Origin: Octopus vulgaris
Lineage: Eukaryota
Length of the DNA stretch: 64,000 nucleotides
Assembly (NCBI GenBank): GCA_951406725.2
Contig: OX597816.1
Location: 37,324,001 to 37,388,000, forward strand
Direction of reading: 5' to 3'
The notes beneath the pieces were generated by a model. That model did not search any database and was not told the DNA's origin. It saw only the letters and a program-made list of their open reading frames with translations. The position numbers and the translations under genes were made by a program. Positions 1 to 14,032 of the stretch are shown piece after piece. Position 1 is the stretch's first letter, and each line of letters starts with the position of its first letter.

Positions 1-573
1 CTGCAGCGCTGCTTCTAAGTTATGTATTATACGTGCAGTTTCTTTTTTTCTTTCTTTTTTTTTCAATAATACATGAGCATATTATCAAAAATGAACCTAC
101 ACGCATCCAGATGTAACTAAATAATAAATTGTTTGCCAACATCCAGTCTGTTGTTAATTTGGGGCCCTAGTCTGTCTATGAGGATAGCTTCCTTAATTCT
201 TAGATTACCCAAATTTCTTTCATTGGCCTCAATTGTGACTGCTATGCTTTTTGTCGGTGTTCCGGCATCCGTCTAGATGTTTTTTTGAAGGAATTCCTGA
301 AGGATCTTCGTAAGACCACTGTAGAGACGCTTCCGGAAAAAAAATTCAGTAACCGTTGGAAAACCGATTGTAGCAGTGAGTCGAACAATTCCTAGCGATC
401 TGAAGAAGGAATTTTTGTATTCCGAAATAGTATTATTATATCAGACTGGATAATTAAATTATGATAACAGTTATTATAGTCCATTGTTGTGCCATTCAAG
501 ACACATTATATTTTACAAACAACACACAATGCTTCGAGTGAACTACAATATATATATATATATATATATATAT

Positions 574-770
574 ACGAGCAAAACGCACCACCCCCCGTCC
601 AATGGACGGTGCTGAGTTTGTTAAACATTTATACCAAATTTTCTCAAAACAACTAGTCCGACCGTCCCATAGGCCTCCCTTTTCAGAAACACTGATCGCA
701 ACAGCTGATGTACATGCGCGCACAAATGCACGTTCCCACGGTTTTATCGATCGATGAACCGGCAAACAAG
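574..770 (-). mobile_element. Non-autonomous Helitron-like repeat, 3' end abutting (TA)n
   Basis: Hairpin CCGTCCA-A-TGGACGG lies ~20 nt from a terminal CTCGT (minus strand). A related copy at ~43978-44370 shares the terminus and the GATCGCAA.AGCTGATGTAC..GCGCG.ACAAATG.ACGTTCCCACGG block. Confidence 0.45.
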
Positions 771-2324
771 CATAACATACTTTGTATGTGTAGTCGATAA
801 TGTCTATATTATCGTTTATATTCGTTTAGAATGTTTAATTTCGTAATTGAATTTAACCTTACGTTTACATCGCCGCGGCATACCAGCAAATGTTTCTTAA
901 ACTAGTTGTATATAGTTATAAACTGGCGATTCGGTTTATCCCCGGTTCGAATCAGGTACGATGGGGTAAAATAACTGAAATATCGATACTCATCGCCCTC
1001 CTTCACGGGTCGATTCATTTCGACTTGGTTTGAACCGTGTTGTTTAACAGTCAGCGTCTTAAAAGGACTTTCCTGAGACGAAATACCGCAGCCGAAGAGG
1101 ATTTAAACAAAACGCATACATTAAGAATTTGCCATCAATAATGTTTACATCCTTAGGAGCTACTGAAATATATACACACAAGTTAGCACATAGATGCAAA
1201 ACAGTATGGAAAAAATAGTACTCGAATACCAAAGGTAGAGTAATATACTACTTCATTGAAGCCGAAACTTACAATTTATCAATATTTTTACTAGTCTGTA
1301 TTACCATAGCTGAAACGGTAGCACGAAACTCTGAGTAACAGCTTGTGAATATACTGTACATAATTGTTCGAGTGTATACGTTGTTAAGTGGAAAACCCGA
1401 ATAGTTAATAAAGCAAGGTGCATTCAAAGAGTCCAACACTGAACCAGTACACTCATACCCACCACCACTCGGATTCGGTTTATACTGCAGAGCACTGACT
1501 GATTCTATCACCTTTCGTAGAACTAAATACTTTAGATAGGTTGACGTAAATAGTTATTTAATTCGATTGGGAAAAATCAATAATTTAAATTGGATATTAC
1601 GAGTAATATTCTTCATTGCATGTCGTTTCTGTTATCTAAATTCATTTCTCTGGCAGTATTAACTCAGACGAATGAACCAAGATTTGACCTCAAAATGCTT
1701 TGTATTTATTTTAAAAGTTCCAGGTGGGTTCTTGTGCGAGTGCAAGCATTTGTGCACGTGTGTATTTATGTGTATGTATTCCCGCGCATCCTAAAGTATG
1801 TTTAATGGTATCTTGTTGAATGAATAGGCGTATATGTTGCGTGAAATTTCAGCACTGCTTGAATAGCTGTCTTCGTCAAAGTGTCAAATGTGATATATCA
1901 ATAGAGGATAAACTATCATACTTTGGGAATGTACACAGGCGTTATGTGGAATTTGTTCAACGCGATAATTCCTCGATGACCTTCGATTGATTATAAGAGT
2001 GTAGGTGAAGTATTAAGCAAATACAAGTCAGGTTATTTTAAATACTTTCTTCATCATATGAGAGAAACTCACCAACGTGTTAAGCAAATGAAATGTAGAT
2101 GTATTTCTAAAGGCATTTTATGTATCTATTGTTGTAGACAGAATGGTAGATTTAGAATAACAGCAAAACTAGCAAATCAGAAAGAAATTATTGTTTCGTT
2201 GTCGATAATTGAAGATCAAAATAAAATGTTGCTATCAATAAGATTGTTTCAAAATTAGATTGTTCGCAATGCAAGGCAATCAGCCGCCTCGGGGTTTTGT
2301 TCAAAACTAAAGCGTTTCTGTATA

Positions 2325-2414
<90 letters not shown>

Positions 2415-2415
2415 G

Positions 2416-2500
<85 letters not shown>

Positions 2501-2517
2501 GTGTGTGTCTGTGTGTG
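2325..2517. repeat. (TA)n/(TATG)n/(TG)n compound microsatellite
   Basis: Seen directly; source of YIYI-type pseudo-ORFs. Confidence 0.95.
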
Positions 2518-3231
2518 TTTTGTTCCAACGTCAATAAGAATAATGTTTAATTATATTAAAAATTGACATGGTTTCTAAAGTTTTATGTGCAACTAAATTG
2601 TCAGATAAAGTTATACTTATTGTTTCTGTTTTCTATGTGTATTCCGGAAGCCGTAGGTTGCAGATGTAATCAACAATATAACCCACGCAGTTATTAGTAT
2701 TGCTCTGATCTCTTTAGTTCTGATCTCTTTCATTGTCCGCGACTAGCGATAAAGTGGGATGGGCATAAAACGAAAAGTTAATATAAAGTTATCTAAACAG
2801 AAACAACGTAGGAGGTAAAAGAGTCAAAGTCTAACATTTCAGATAGATTTTATACCTTCATATTGGAGCAGGTGTGGATGAGTAGATAAAAATGTCTGTT
2901 TCTAGTTCACATAGTTTCGAGTTCGCCTTCACTACCGAAATTTGGAATAAGTACATTTTATTTCAGCTTTGATTTGACAAGTGCTAAAACCCATCATACA
3001 CACCGAGTGTGGCATGTATAGTTACCCATTATTTATTTTATCATAAAATGAGAAAGCTTTAGGTTTTGGTGAATGGAAGCTTACAATTTGATTATTTATT
3101 GACAATATTTTATTTATATTTACAATGCAAAATGGTCACCCTTTACTTTCCCCATAGCACTTAATCTTTTCTTAACTAATCTGCATGACTTAGTACGTTT
3201 AAATAAAGGATAAATATATATGCCGCACCCG

Positions 3232-3303
<72 letters not shown>

Positions 3304-3304
3304 G

Positions 3305-3500
3305 TTAATCCAAACAAGAAAACACAGAAAAAAAAAAAACACAGCAACGCGAGGACGTGGAACAATTAAAGTATTATTGACGCTCAGGAAAGAAGGGACG
3401 GAGGGTTTAACGTTTCGAGCGGAGCTCTTCGTCGGAAACAAGGAGAAGGAAAGATCCCAAGAAGGGAAGACAGAGGAAAAATATTTTTGCTGGTGGTGCT
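3305..3500 (-). mobile_element. Penelope-like pLTR/3' end fragment with minimal hammerhead-like motif
   Basis: Homologous to 14032-14235 and related to 11488-11660. Minus strand reads GTTT-CCGACGA-A-GAGC-TCC-GCTC-GAAAC-GTT-AAAC. Abuts (TA)n. Confidence 0.55.
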
Positions 3501-3585
3501 CAAGAGATCACATGTTGAAAGAACAGAAGTTGAGAGGTAGAGGAATCATGGTTTTTAAAAGCAAGAGAGTTTCAAAAAAAAGGAA

Positions 3586-3620
<35 letters not shown>

Positions 3621-3702
3621 AAGGATGACAAGTGTGTTTGTGCGTGCGTGTGTGTGTGTGTGTGTATTTATGGTGAATAATAAGCAATGGGCAAGTTAGC
3701 TG

Positions 3703-3759
<57 letters not shown>

Positions 3760-3761
3760 CA

Positions 3762-3797
<36 letters not shown>

Positions 3798-3836
3798 TAT
3801 ACATAATATATATATATACAATATATATATATATAC

Positions 3837-3887
<51 letters not shown>

Positions 3888-3890
<3 letters not shown>

Positions 3891-3970
3891 TATTCCTGAG
3901 CGTTATACTAATACATCTGTTTGTTTTGTACACCACCTGTCTTCGTCTTTTGTTTTTTTCGTAAACTCTC

Positions 3971-3974
<4 letters not shown>
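3888..3974 (+). mobile_element. Penelope-like terminal fragment embedded in (TA)n
   Basis: Reverse complement of 11488-11575, the end of the RT/GIY-YIG element; both flanks are (TA)n. Confidence 0.6.
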
Positions 3975-4033
<59 letters not shown>

Positions 4034-4087
4034 GACAGTCAGACAGACAGATACACGCACATACATGTATACATACACACATACATA

Positions 4088-6790
4088 CAATGCGAAGGCA
4101 CCTGGAAGGGATCTAATATTTGGATATTGGTAGAAGAAGCCAGTTGATATGTATGTTCAAAAGGACTATGGAATTTCAGACTGATATACCACAATGGCTT
4201 GCTATAGCAAGGACAAATCTTGTTGCCAAAAATGAAATCACCGAAATGGCAGGAAACTACAGGCCCATTGCTTGACTACATATTATTTACTAACTGCACA
4301 CCACTTGCCTCAACCAATTCCTCGAGGACCATTGTGAGACGAACATTCTGACTGATGAACAGGCTGGTAGAAAGAGGGGAGTGTGGGGATGTACCGAGCA
4401 ACTTTTAATAAACAAAACTGTACTGTCTGAAGTAAGAAAACAACGCAGAAACCTTGTGAGAGTATGGCTTGACTATAAGAAGGCATTCGACTCTATCCTT
4501 CATTCATGGTTGTTGAAGTGCCTACATCTGGCAAAGGTACCTACTGCCTTAATTGCTGCCATAGAGAGACTCACAAAGACATGGGTAACTATTCTTACAC
4601 TTACTACTGAGAACAGAATAATTGTTTCTAATAGTAAAGGCATTACAAAGGATATATTCCAGGATGATAGTCTTTCTGTACTTCTTTTCATTTTGGCAGT
4701 GAATCTATTATCATTCCTACTGCAGGCAACAAATGGTTACATGCTAGGATCTTCAACTGCTAGAAATATCACTGTAACTCATAATTTCTTTGAAGTCGAT
4801 CTGAAGATTAATGTTAAAAGTTTTAACAATGCCAAAAAACAACTGGAATTAATAACATTTTCAGCTGATACAGGCATGGAATTTGGCCAAAAGAAATGTT
4901 CATATCTGGTTATAGAACGAGGAAAGTCAGTCCCCAAAACCCAAAACCTGTGCCTCAACGGTCTCTCTATCTCCTCCATTCCACACAAAGAATGTTACAC
5001 GTACCTAGGCATTGACGAAAATGTATCATATGAAGGCACTGTGAACAAAGATAGAGTGACCCGAGAATATTACACCAGACTTAGGAAAATATAGTAGTCG
5101 CAACTCTCCTCTTACAACAAAACAATAACCCACAATGCATTTGCAGTACCAGTGCTCATCCAAACATTTGAGATACTTGATTGATCTGTAGAAGAAATCC
5201 ACTCCATAAATATCAAAACCTGCAAAACTTCCACAAAAACACTGATGTTGACAGGCTCTACATAAGAAGAAATGAAGGTGTGTAGAGGCCTGAGATCAGT
5301 GCAGACGACTTTCGAATGCCATACAGTATCACTCAGGCAGCACCTGCTGAACATCAGCGGCAAAAATAGATATATTAATGCAGTCCTGAAAAGTGAAGCG
5401 AGCAACATTGTACGAGTTAGCAGTGAACTCGAGAAACACTCTCTCCCTGATGATCTGTACAGCCCCAAAACAGCTGGGCTCTCTTACCTCACAGAAGACC
5501 TGGATGGAAAACACTCAACATACAAAAAAAGACCATGCATGGGTATGTTGCCCGGAAGCTTGAAGAAGACAGTATAATTGACACGAAGCGCAGCTTCTCT
5601 TGGACACAAGACCACTACATCACATTACACTTTGAAGGCTATGCAGTTTGCAATCCAGGAACAGGAGATTGCCACAAATTATCTGGTGAACAAGAGAGAC
5701 GGTGACGCTCTTGTAATCCCAAAGTTCAATCGCATGTATAGGCTATGTCATGTTTCTGTGGAAGGCATTACACATCTGATTAGCAGCTATCTTAAAATGA
5801 CTTCACGGCACTACCTCCCTATGCGGCACGATGTTGTTGCTAAAACAATTTACAATGCCGTCCGCTAAAAAGACTGTTCTGAAATAAACTTAGAAAATCC
5901 CTCTATTATGGAATACATTCATAAACACCAATTCGGGGCATGCTGGTGGAATATTCCCATCAAAACTTCCGACAAATGTAGACACAACAGCTCGAATATT
6001 GCCGTTTGGGACAGATGTGCAAAGCTATGTACCATTATAGAGTTAAGCTGCCATGCAAATATGAATGCAGCTTTGACAATAAAAGAAAAAGAGGATATCT
6101 ATGGACAACTGCTTCAAAACCATCAGCTTCTATATCCAGACTATGAATTCATGTTCATGCCAATAACAATTGGAGCACTAGGTTTTGTTAGTAAGTGCTT
6201 AAAAGAGAATCTGGATAAACTGGGATTTTCAGAAAGAGAAACTGACCGGCTGATTCGTACATTACACGTCCAATCTCTGAGTGGAACAGTCAAAATATGC
6301 AAGACTTTTCTCAAGTTCCAAATGTGAATATGTCTGTGTTAACTACACACCAAAGATGGAGCATCGATAGATATGAGTAAAAAATAGAAGAGACATACAT
6401 AAACATATGTTTCTGTGAACATGTGAGCATGCTTCTTTCGCAGATATTTGAGTAGCAGCTGTAGAGTGGGACTTGAGGAAGACTTGACTGCTAGCTCTGG
6501 CATATTTGAGTAGCGGCTGTAGAGTGGGACTTAAGGAAGATTTGACTGCTAGCTCTGGCATATTTGAGTAGCGGCTGTAGAGTAAGGAAGATTTGACTGC
6601 TAGCTCTGGCATATTTGAGTAGCGGCTGTAGAGTGGGACTTGAGGAAGATTTGACTGCTAGCTCTGGCAGATCGAGCGACTACGTAGAAGCTCCATGTGG
6701 ATACCGTATATGATACCATGAATACATATTCCATATATAATCATGACACTCTGAACCGTATTGTAAGACTTCCGCACAAAAAAAGTTAAT
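4088..6790 (+). mobile_element. Degenerate R4/Dong-type non-LTR retrotransposon (RT, CCHC knuckle, restriction-like endonuclease, 3' UTR)
   Basis: ORFs 4381-5094 (WLDYKKAFDS, IFQDDSLS, YTYLG), 5578-5868 (YRLCH..THLISS..RHD) and 5908-6327 (WWNIPIK..IIELSC..KEKEDIY) are RT, knuckle and RLE remnants. Multiple stops and frameshifts; 5'-truncated. Confidence 0.85.
6444..6668 (+). repeat. Tandem repeat of 4 units (58, 58, 51, 58 bp) in the LINE 3' region
   Basis: ATATTTGAGTAGC.GCTGTAGAGTGGGACTT.AGGAAGA.TTGACTGCTAGCTCTGGC starts at 6444, 6502, 6560 and 6611. Confidence 0.95.
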
Positions 6791-6831
6791 ATTGATATAA
6801 AATTCTACCCTCTCCTTTTCTCCCCCACATT

Positions 6832-6884
<53 letters not shown>

Positions 6885-7682
6885 TCTTCTGTTCTTTCTT
6901 CTGCTGATTAGGAAGATTATTTTTGTTTATCTCATAATAATAGCTGCCACAATCACAGGTTGTAACGGCTTTCATTGCTCTAAAACAATGTTTGTCCCTA
7001 GCTCAGTTACTCGAATAAATATAATTAAGATGTGTTTGTGTACATGCGAATGCGCGTGTTTGCTTTTGTTTCTTTGTCTGTGTGCGCGTACGTGTGTGTG
7101 TGCGTGTGTACGTCAGTGTTCATTTGATATCTGTACATTCTAATTTAGTTTGTCCTTGCAACGGTACAACATATTGAAATGTGAAGTACCACTCTGGTAT
7201 TTTGCTTTACAAGAACTATTTGAATATTCTAATTTACTAACTGGACACACAATCAATTCGTTTAGGCTACAAGTTTACAACTACAAAGTTTTTCTTGGTC
7301 GGTGGATATGTTGCTCTATCAAATAATCTAAAGCAGTAGCACTACTCTTGACAGCATTGTTATGAACGTGTGCTTAATCTTTTGAATGTTGTTGACATTA
7401 GAAACAAATGGAATCTGCTCGGAATTGAAACTGTATTGTAAACACCTAATCTAAACGTGTTATGACAATTCGTCGTATTCAAATATTAGTTTAAATACAC
7501 AAGCATATCTATGTGTGCATACATGCATATCTCTCTATATGAACATATGTGTGTGAGAATGTATGCATGCGGACATGTATGTACAGATGTATGCATATAA
7601 AAATGTCCATACATATATACATGTACACAAGGGCGCGGGAATGGATAGCATTTTAGGTGGATCTATTGGCATACTCTCTTTT

Positions 7683-8085
7683 CTCTTTTACTCTTTTACT
7701 TGTTTCAGTCATTTGACTGCGGCCATGCTGGAGCACCGCCTTTAGTCGAGCAAATCGACCCCGGGACTTATTCTTTGTAAGCCTGGTACTTATTCTATCG
7801 GTCTGTTTTGCCGAACCGCTAAGTAACGGGGACGTAAACACACCAGCATCGGTTGTCAAGCAATGCTAGGGGGACAAACACAGACACACAAACACACACA
7901 CACACATATATATATATACATATATACGACGGCTTCTTTCAGTTTCCGTCTACCAAATCCACTCACAAGGCATTGGTCGGCTCGGGGCTATAGCAGAAGA
8001 CACTTGCCCAAGGTGCCACGCAGTGGGACTGAACCCGGAACCATGTGGTTGGTTAGCAAGCTACTTACCACACAGCCACTCCTGC
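7683..8085 (-). mobile_element. tRNA-derived SINE family A (CORE-like body, internal microsatellite)
   Basis: Minus strand has A box TGGCTGTGTGG, B box GGTTCAGTCCC and CORE-like GGCACCTTGGGCAAGTG; many copies in this window. Confidence 0.85.
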
Positions 8086-8260
8086 ATACGGAATATTTCA
8101 AATAGTTTTACATTAGTTTCGACCGAATGTAGATGAAGTCATCTCCTCCTCAGCTTTGATACTAGGTCAGTTAGTCACGTGGTTAATTGCCCCAATAATT
8201 ATTGGTACAAATCTAAAGTTATGTTTTCGCAAGCTTAAGTTTTCTACTGATTATATAATA

Positions 8261-9533
8261 TCAGGTCATTAAGAATGAAGTGTCCAATTTTGAACTGAAA
8301 GTTTATTTTATTTTATCTGAACAAAAAGCAAATCAGTTAATCAAAGTATGCACCTAAATTATCAACACAATTTTGCTATTTTATTGGCAGCTTATTTATG
8401 CCAGCAGCGAAGAATTCTGGAGAGCAAGAGGTGATGAAATCACGAAAGGCTGTTTTTATATCTTCTTCAGTTTTGAAGTTTTTTCCTTCTAAAAGTTGTC
8501 TAATGCTTGGAAAACGTGATAGTCAGTTGGTGCAAGGTCTGGTGAATATGTTGCATGTCTGAGTACTTCCAAGTTCAGTTCTAGTAAACTGAGTAGTGTC
8601 CTTCATACAACATGTGGTCGAGCGTTGTCTTGCAAGAGAATTAGCCTGTCTCTATTGACCAATCTCGGTTGTTTAATTGCAAGTTCATTCATCATTTCAT
8701 TCAATTGGTTGATGTATACATCCGCTTATCAGGTCTCATGAAGCTGTAGTGGATGACACCAATGCTGGACCACCAAACAGACACCATTAGCTTTTTTTTG
8801 GTGAATATTCTGTTTTGGATTGTGTTTAGGCACTTCGTTTTGTATCCAACCACCATGCAAAATGCTTGCTATTATTGAAAAGAATCCATTTTTCAACACG
8901 CGTAACAATACCGTTCAAAAATGGTTCGCTTTTATGTAATGACAACAAAGAACAGCAAGTTTCAAGATGACGTGTCATTTGATACTCGTTCAGTTCGTGT
9001 GGTTCCCACTTATCCAGCTCCTTTACCTTGCTGATTTGTTTCAGATGGACCAATACAGTTGGAATCGAAACATCAAACCTTACTTCTAAATTACGCGTAG
9101 TTTGAGTTGTATCCGCTTCCACTGCAGTTTCCGGATCATCCTTATCCACCCTTAGTCTCAGGTCTACCAAGGGAATGATTTTTAAAGAGTAAAATCACCA
9201 GACTGGAACTTCTCAAATCATCAACGTACAGTGCGCTCATTCGCCACATCTTCACCAAACACCTCATTGATGTTTCGGGCGGTCTGGGATGCGTTAGTTC
9301 CACGATGGAACCCATATTCATAAACATCATGAATTTATCTATGCATGGGTTCACAAAAATTGATTTACAAAATAAAACTCACAATATAGTCAGACATGAT
9401 TAATGGCATTTCGAAAAGTGATGCTGTAACTCTCTTCAATGTTGTAAAAGAATTGTCAGAATAAAGCATTAGAGTTTATGACTGTCAAACTTGGTGCGTA
9501 AGAAAATCGAACATTTCATTCTTAATGACTTGA
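8261..9533 (-). mobile_element. Full-length (~1.27 kb) degenerate mariner transposon
   Basis: TIRs TCAGGTCATTAAGAATGAAGTGTCCAATTTT / AAAATCGAACATTTCATTCTTAATGACTTGA with TA on both sides. ORF 8826-9170 has KWEPHEL (WVPHEL-like) and a degenerate first catalytic motif (IVTRVEKWI). Confidence 0.9.
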
Positions 9534-9680
9534 TATATGGTGTTATGGTCGTGACATCGTGTCTTAAAGGTGAGTAACACTGTGACAACATTTTCGAGCA
9601 GCAAGTTATGATGTGGTTAACATCTTCTATGTATTACGTGTGTATATTGTAATGTGTATGCGTGAAAGCCTTCATCGATA

Positions 9681-9723
<43 letters not shown>

Positions 9724-9759
9724 CATATATAATATAAATGTATGTTTGCATAGCTGTAC

Positions 9760-9804
<45 letters not shown>

Positions 9805-10789
9805 TGTGTCTGAGTGTGTGCGTATCTGTGTGTATGAATATTTTTGTATACGTGTATCTCAATGGAAATTTATAGCTTAAAATCTAATTATAATGATGCA
9901 ACATTTCTGTTTCATTATATATTTAATCATTTGCATTCTGCAATATTTTCTAATAGTCATCATAAAATTCTATGTTATTCTGTGTCTGAATTGTAATTTC
10001 AATTCGTAGTAGGGGAATAATTACCTGATTATAGACGCAACAAAATGTACTTCCCTTCATCATTCTTGAAATCATGATTTACTGACTTTCGGCATTCATG
10101 AGCAAGTTAATTAGTGTTTATAAAGGTTATATGTTTTCTTTCTGAATCGCCTACGTATGAGTTTGCGTGAGAGTGTGTTGTGTGTATGTCTGTGTGTGTG
10201 TTTGTGTGTGTGAGGACTAAAATAGATAACGGACTATTCAATAATACACTGTATGATAGGACTATCTTCTTTACCTTATATTCACATGATAGTTTTCCAT
10301 TAAATTAAGTCAAAACACATCTATCGCCATTTTGGGAGTTCACTGCCGCGGTCCGATTACGAGTTATGGCATTAGGTGTGTCTCGACTTGATTTTGTGGA
10401 ATTCTCTTACGCCCCTGGAATTCAACCTACCATGGTTTTTATGAAACGAACTTTTTTGACGTATTTTTAATTGAAAAGAGTAAAAAACCATTTTTGGTTG
10501 ATTGATATCTTTATTTAGGTTTTTAGTCGCCTGACGCGTTTTAGTAATTCATTTGGATTGCTTATTTTTAGTCGATTGTATATATCTTCTTGATAGGCCG
10601 TTCTATATATTTGTATTTTTATTTGCATATATATTTTTTTACCTTCTGTGTTTTTTTATCTATGTATTCTTTTTATATGTTGAAGGGCACGGTAATATTC
10701 ATATATGATCAAACGTATGGAAGCGTGGTACTATATAAAGTTATTGACTCGAACTTGATGTTTGTTCTATAATTAATGCTATATATGTT

Positions 10790-11000
<211 letters not shown>

Positions 11001-11412
11001 CCGAAATTGCAAAGATAACCTGGAACCTTTTTTGCATCATCTGTCTGGATGTTTTCCGTTCTTATCACATTTTTATGGATAAATTAAGAAATGAAGTCAA
11101 ACGCAGTTGTTATTTAAATCATTTATACTTCCAGCAGATGTTTCGAAAAAAGCACTGAGATTATTTCGGAGAGAATAAAAATGATGTAAAATAATGCAAT
11201 CAGATCGTCAGGGAAAAAAGAATAAAACACATCAATAAGCCATTTTAACAGAATGTGATTACTGCGTGCGTAAGTATATGATGTAAGGAGAACGCTAGCA
11301 AGTTATTTTTTTTTAAATAAAAAGCTGTTAATAGCTTTAAGTAGGCTGTAATTTTTGCTATCCTGGTAACTATTTTTCCTTGTTAATTGTACACATTAAA
11401 AAATATACATGC

Positions 11413-11481
<69 letters not shown>

Positions 11482-11487
11482 TATATA

Positions 11488-13057
11488 GGGAAAGTTTACG
11501 AAAAAAACAAAAGACGAAGACAGGTGGTGTACAAAACAAACAGATGTATTAGCATAGCGCTCAGGAATAGAAAAAGTCTTTTACGTTTCGAGCCTACGCT
11601 CTTCTACAGAAAGGTACACAGAAAAAACAAGGAGAGAAACAAGGAGAGAAAAAATGTGTGTAGTGGCTGGTATTCTTATACTTGTGTGCGGATATAGTTT
11701 GTCATTGAGGAATATTTCTTGTATGTGGAGTTTGTGTGCTATATGTGTTCAGATTTTGCGTTCAGCGAAAGACCTCTGGTGGCTCTCCTTTGAAGTATTT
11801 GAGCGTAAAATATTGCTTGTGTATATTTTATATATTTTACATATCCTGAACGCGTAATCTGAACGCATATTGCACACAGAAAAAATATACTCGAATGACT
11901 ACCTTAGCACACAAGTATAAGAACACCAGACCCAAAACAAAAGTAAAAAAATAAACACAAATTGACCACACAACAGTTTGCTCAACAGACAAATCAACAA
12001 GATACAAACATTCAAAAGATGCCACCCAATAGTAACGTCCCTTGATTCATTGATTTATTCAGGAGAATTCACAAGAATCTCCGTGAACTAAACGAGACTA
12101 TGTTTCCCAAAATGGAGTCGAACACCTTGCTCCATGTGATCGGCAAGAAAAATTGTTACGACAATACATTCAAAAGATTTGGGAGAGATACCTGGATGAC
12201 TATTTCATACTCTGGAATAAAAACTTAAACTCCTAGAATTTAAAAGACTTCCGAACAGCATCCACACAAGCATTCAATTCACTATGGAGGCACTTCCATT
12301 CCTAGACATTCTAATTAAAATAACAAACAACAGCAAAATCGAAACAGACATATTTTATAAAACAACAGATGCGAAACAATACCTTCTCTTTAGTTCTTGC
12401 CATCCTAGACGCACAAAAACAAACTTCCCATTCAACATTGCAAGAAGAATCTGCACTATTGTCTCAGAGAAAAAAAAAACTAGAGATTGATTTAAGACTA
12501 CAAGAACTGAAAAACGTCCTCCTAGATAGACAACCCATTAATGAAGGAATAAAACGTGCCAATTCTTTCAACACCGAGACATTAAGAAAAACCAAAGACA
12601 TTAACAAACCTCTCCTTAAAACACTACCCTACATACCCACATACAACCCCAGAAACAAAGAAGCATTCAGCACAATCATACAAAACCTACCAATACTACA
12701 CAAGGATCCAAAACTAAAAAGAATTTTACGTGACATTAAAATTGTCAAAAGCAACAAACAACCCAAGTCATTAAAGAAACTGCTAACTAATGCAAAATTA
12801 TTCCTCTCCACAACAAGCACCAAAGTAAAAAAAATGTAATCGCCCCAACTATGGTACATGCCCCAACCTTTTGATAGGGTCAGAATACTATTTTAAAGAA
12901 GGGCAACACTTTACAATTAAATCAAATTTCACTTGTGCATCCGAAAATCTGATCTATGTAATAGATGCTCGGGCTGCAAGAAAGACTATATCGGTATCAC
13001 GGGGAATTCTATCTGTCAACGTTGTACGGTGCATCGTCAACAGATAGTCGCACCACA
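11488..13057 (+). mobile_element. Penelope-like element: RT C-terminus + GIY-YIG endonuclease, with inverted pLTR at the left end
   Basis: RYLDDYF at ~12185, LPFLDILI..YKTTDAKQYL..SCHP (12284-12490), and C..C..FTCASENLIYV..CSGCKKDYIGITG..QRCTVHR (12836-13050). 11488-11660 is a terminal repeat in the opposite orientation. Confidence 0.85.
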
Positions 13058-13070
13058 AAAATATACATGC

Positions 13071-13141
<71 letters not shown>

Positions 13142-13423
13142 TATATACAAACCTGAACTAAATACCAATTCATTTTAATTTTATTACTAAATGTCACTTA
13201 ATTATTTGACTCCTTGACACACATTTATTTTCAAACCTGAGTCATGAGAGGTCTGACTTGACTCTTATAGAGAAAATAGTCATACCTTGGCAATTGTTTT
13301 ACCGTTCATTTTCATTTTCTATTGGACTGATTTATTTTATTCAGTTATGGAATTTCAACATATACAAAAAAGTTATATATGTATGCCAACCACAATTTTT
13401 AGGTATAAATTACTGTTCATACT

Positions 13424-13501
<78 letters not shown>

Positions 13502-13987
13502 TACATATAAATATACATATAAATATACATATAAATATATTGTTACAAGAAAGAAAATAAGATGTTAGAGCATAAAATATATGCATATACACTCATTCGC
13601 ACATTACTGCTTAATCTTTAAAACCTTGTACGGTAATATAATTAACTGTATATAAAATGAAATAATGACTGTAACTGTATGCTTGTCAAAAACACTGGAG
13701 AGCTTCATGAAAAAATAAGAGTTTCTCCCCTTGACGTATTGCTTCATCTCTGTTCACTTTTTTTTCAAAGATGGCGTCCTACTGACAGCAAAAAGGTTTT
13801 CTCTATATAAGTTGACAATCGTTGATCGTGAAACCGGTGTTTATTTAATTTGTAATGATGTAATATGATCCTAATATCACCATAAATTTTATTATAAAAA
13901 CTTTCTGTGACTCTTACATTTCTTTTCTTTCTTATATACCTATCCGCGTGTATAAAGAAATTTCCATTCTTCATTTTTTATACATAT

Positions 13988-14031
<44 letters not shown>

Positions 14032-14032
<1 letters not shown>

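Noticed and set aside
1305-1343. HHR-like GAAACTCTGAGTA motif
   Set aside because: Upstream core reads CTGAAAC, not CTGANGA, and helix II is poor; at most a dead relic.
2297-2566. YIYI, MYVC, HTYI and poly-I/Y ORFs here and throughout
   Set aside because: Translations of microsatellites that lack stop codons.
6444-6668. CRISPR-like array
   Set aside because: Units are contiguous with no unique spacers; eukaryotic context with no cas genes.
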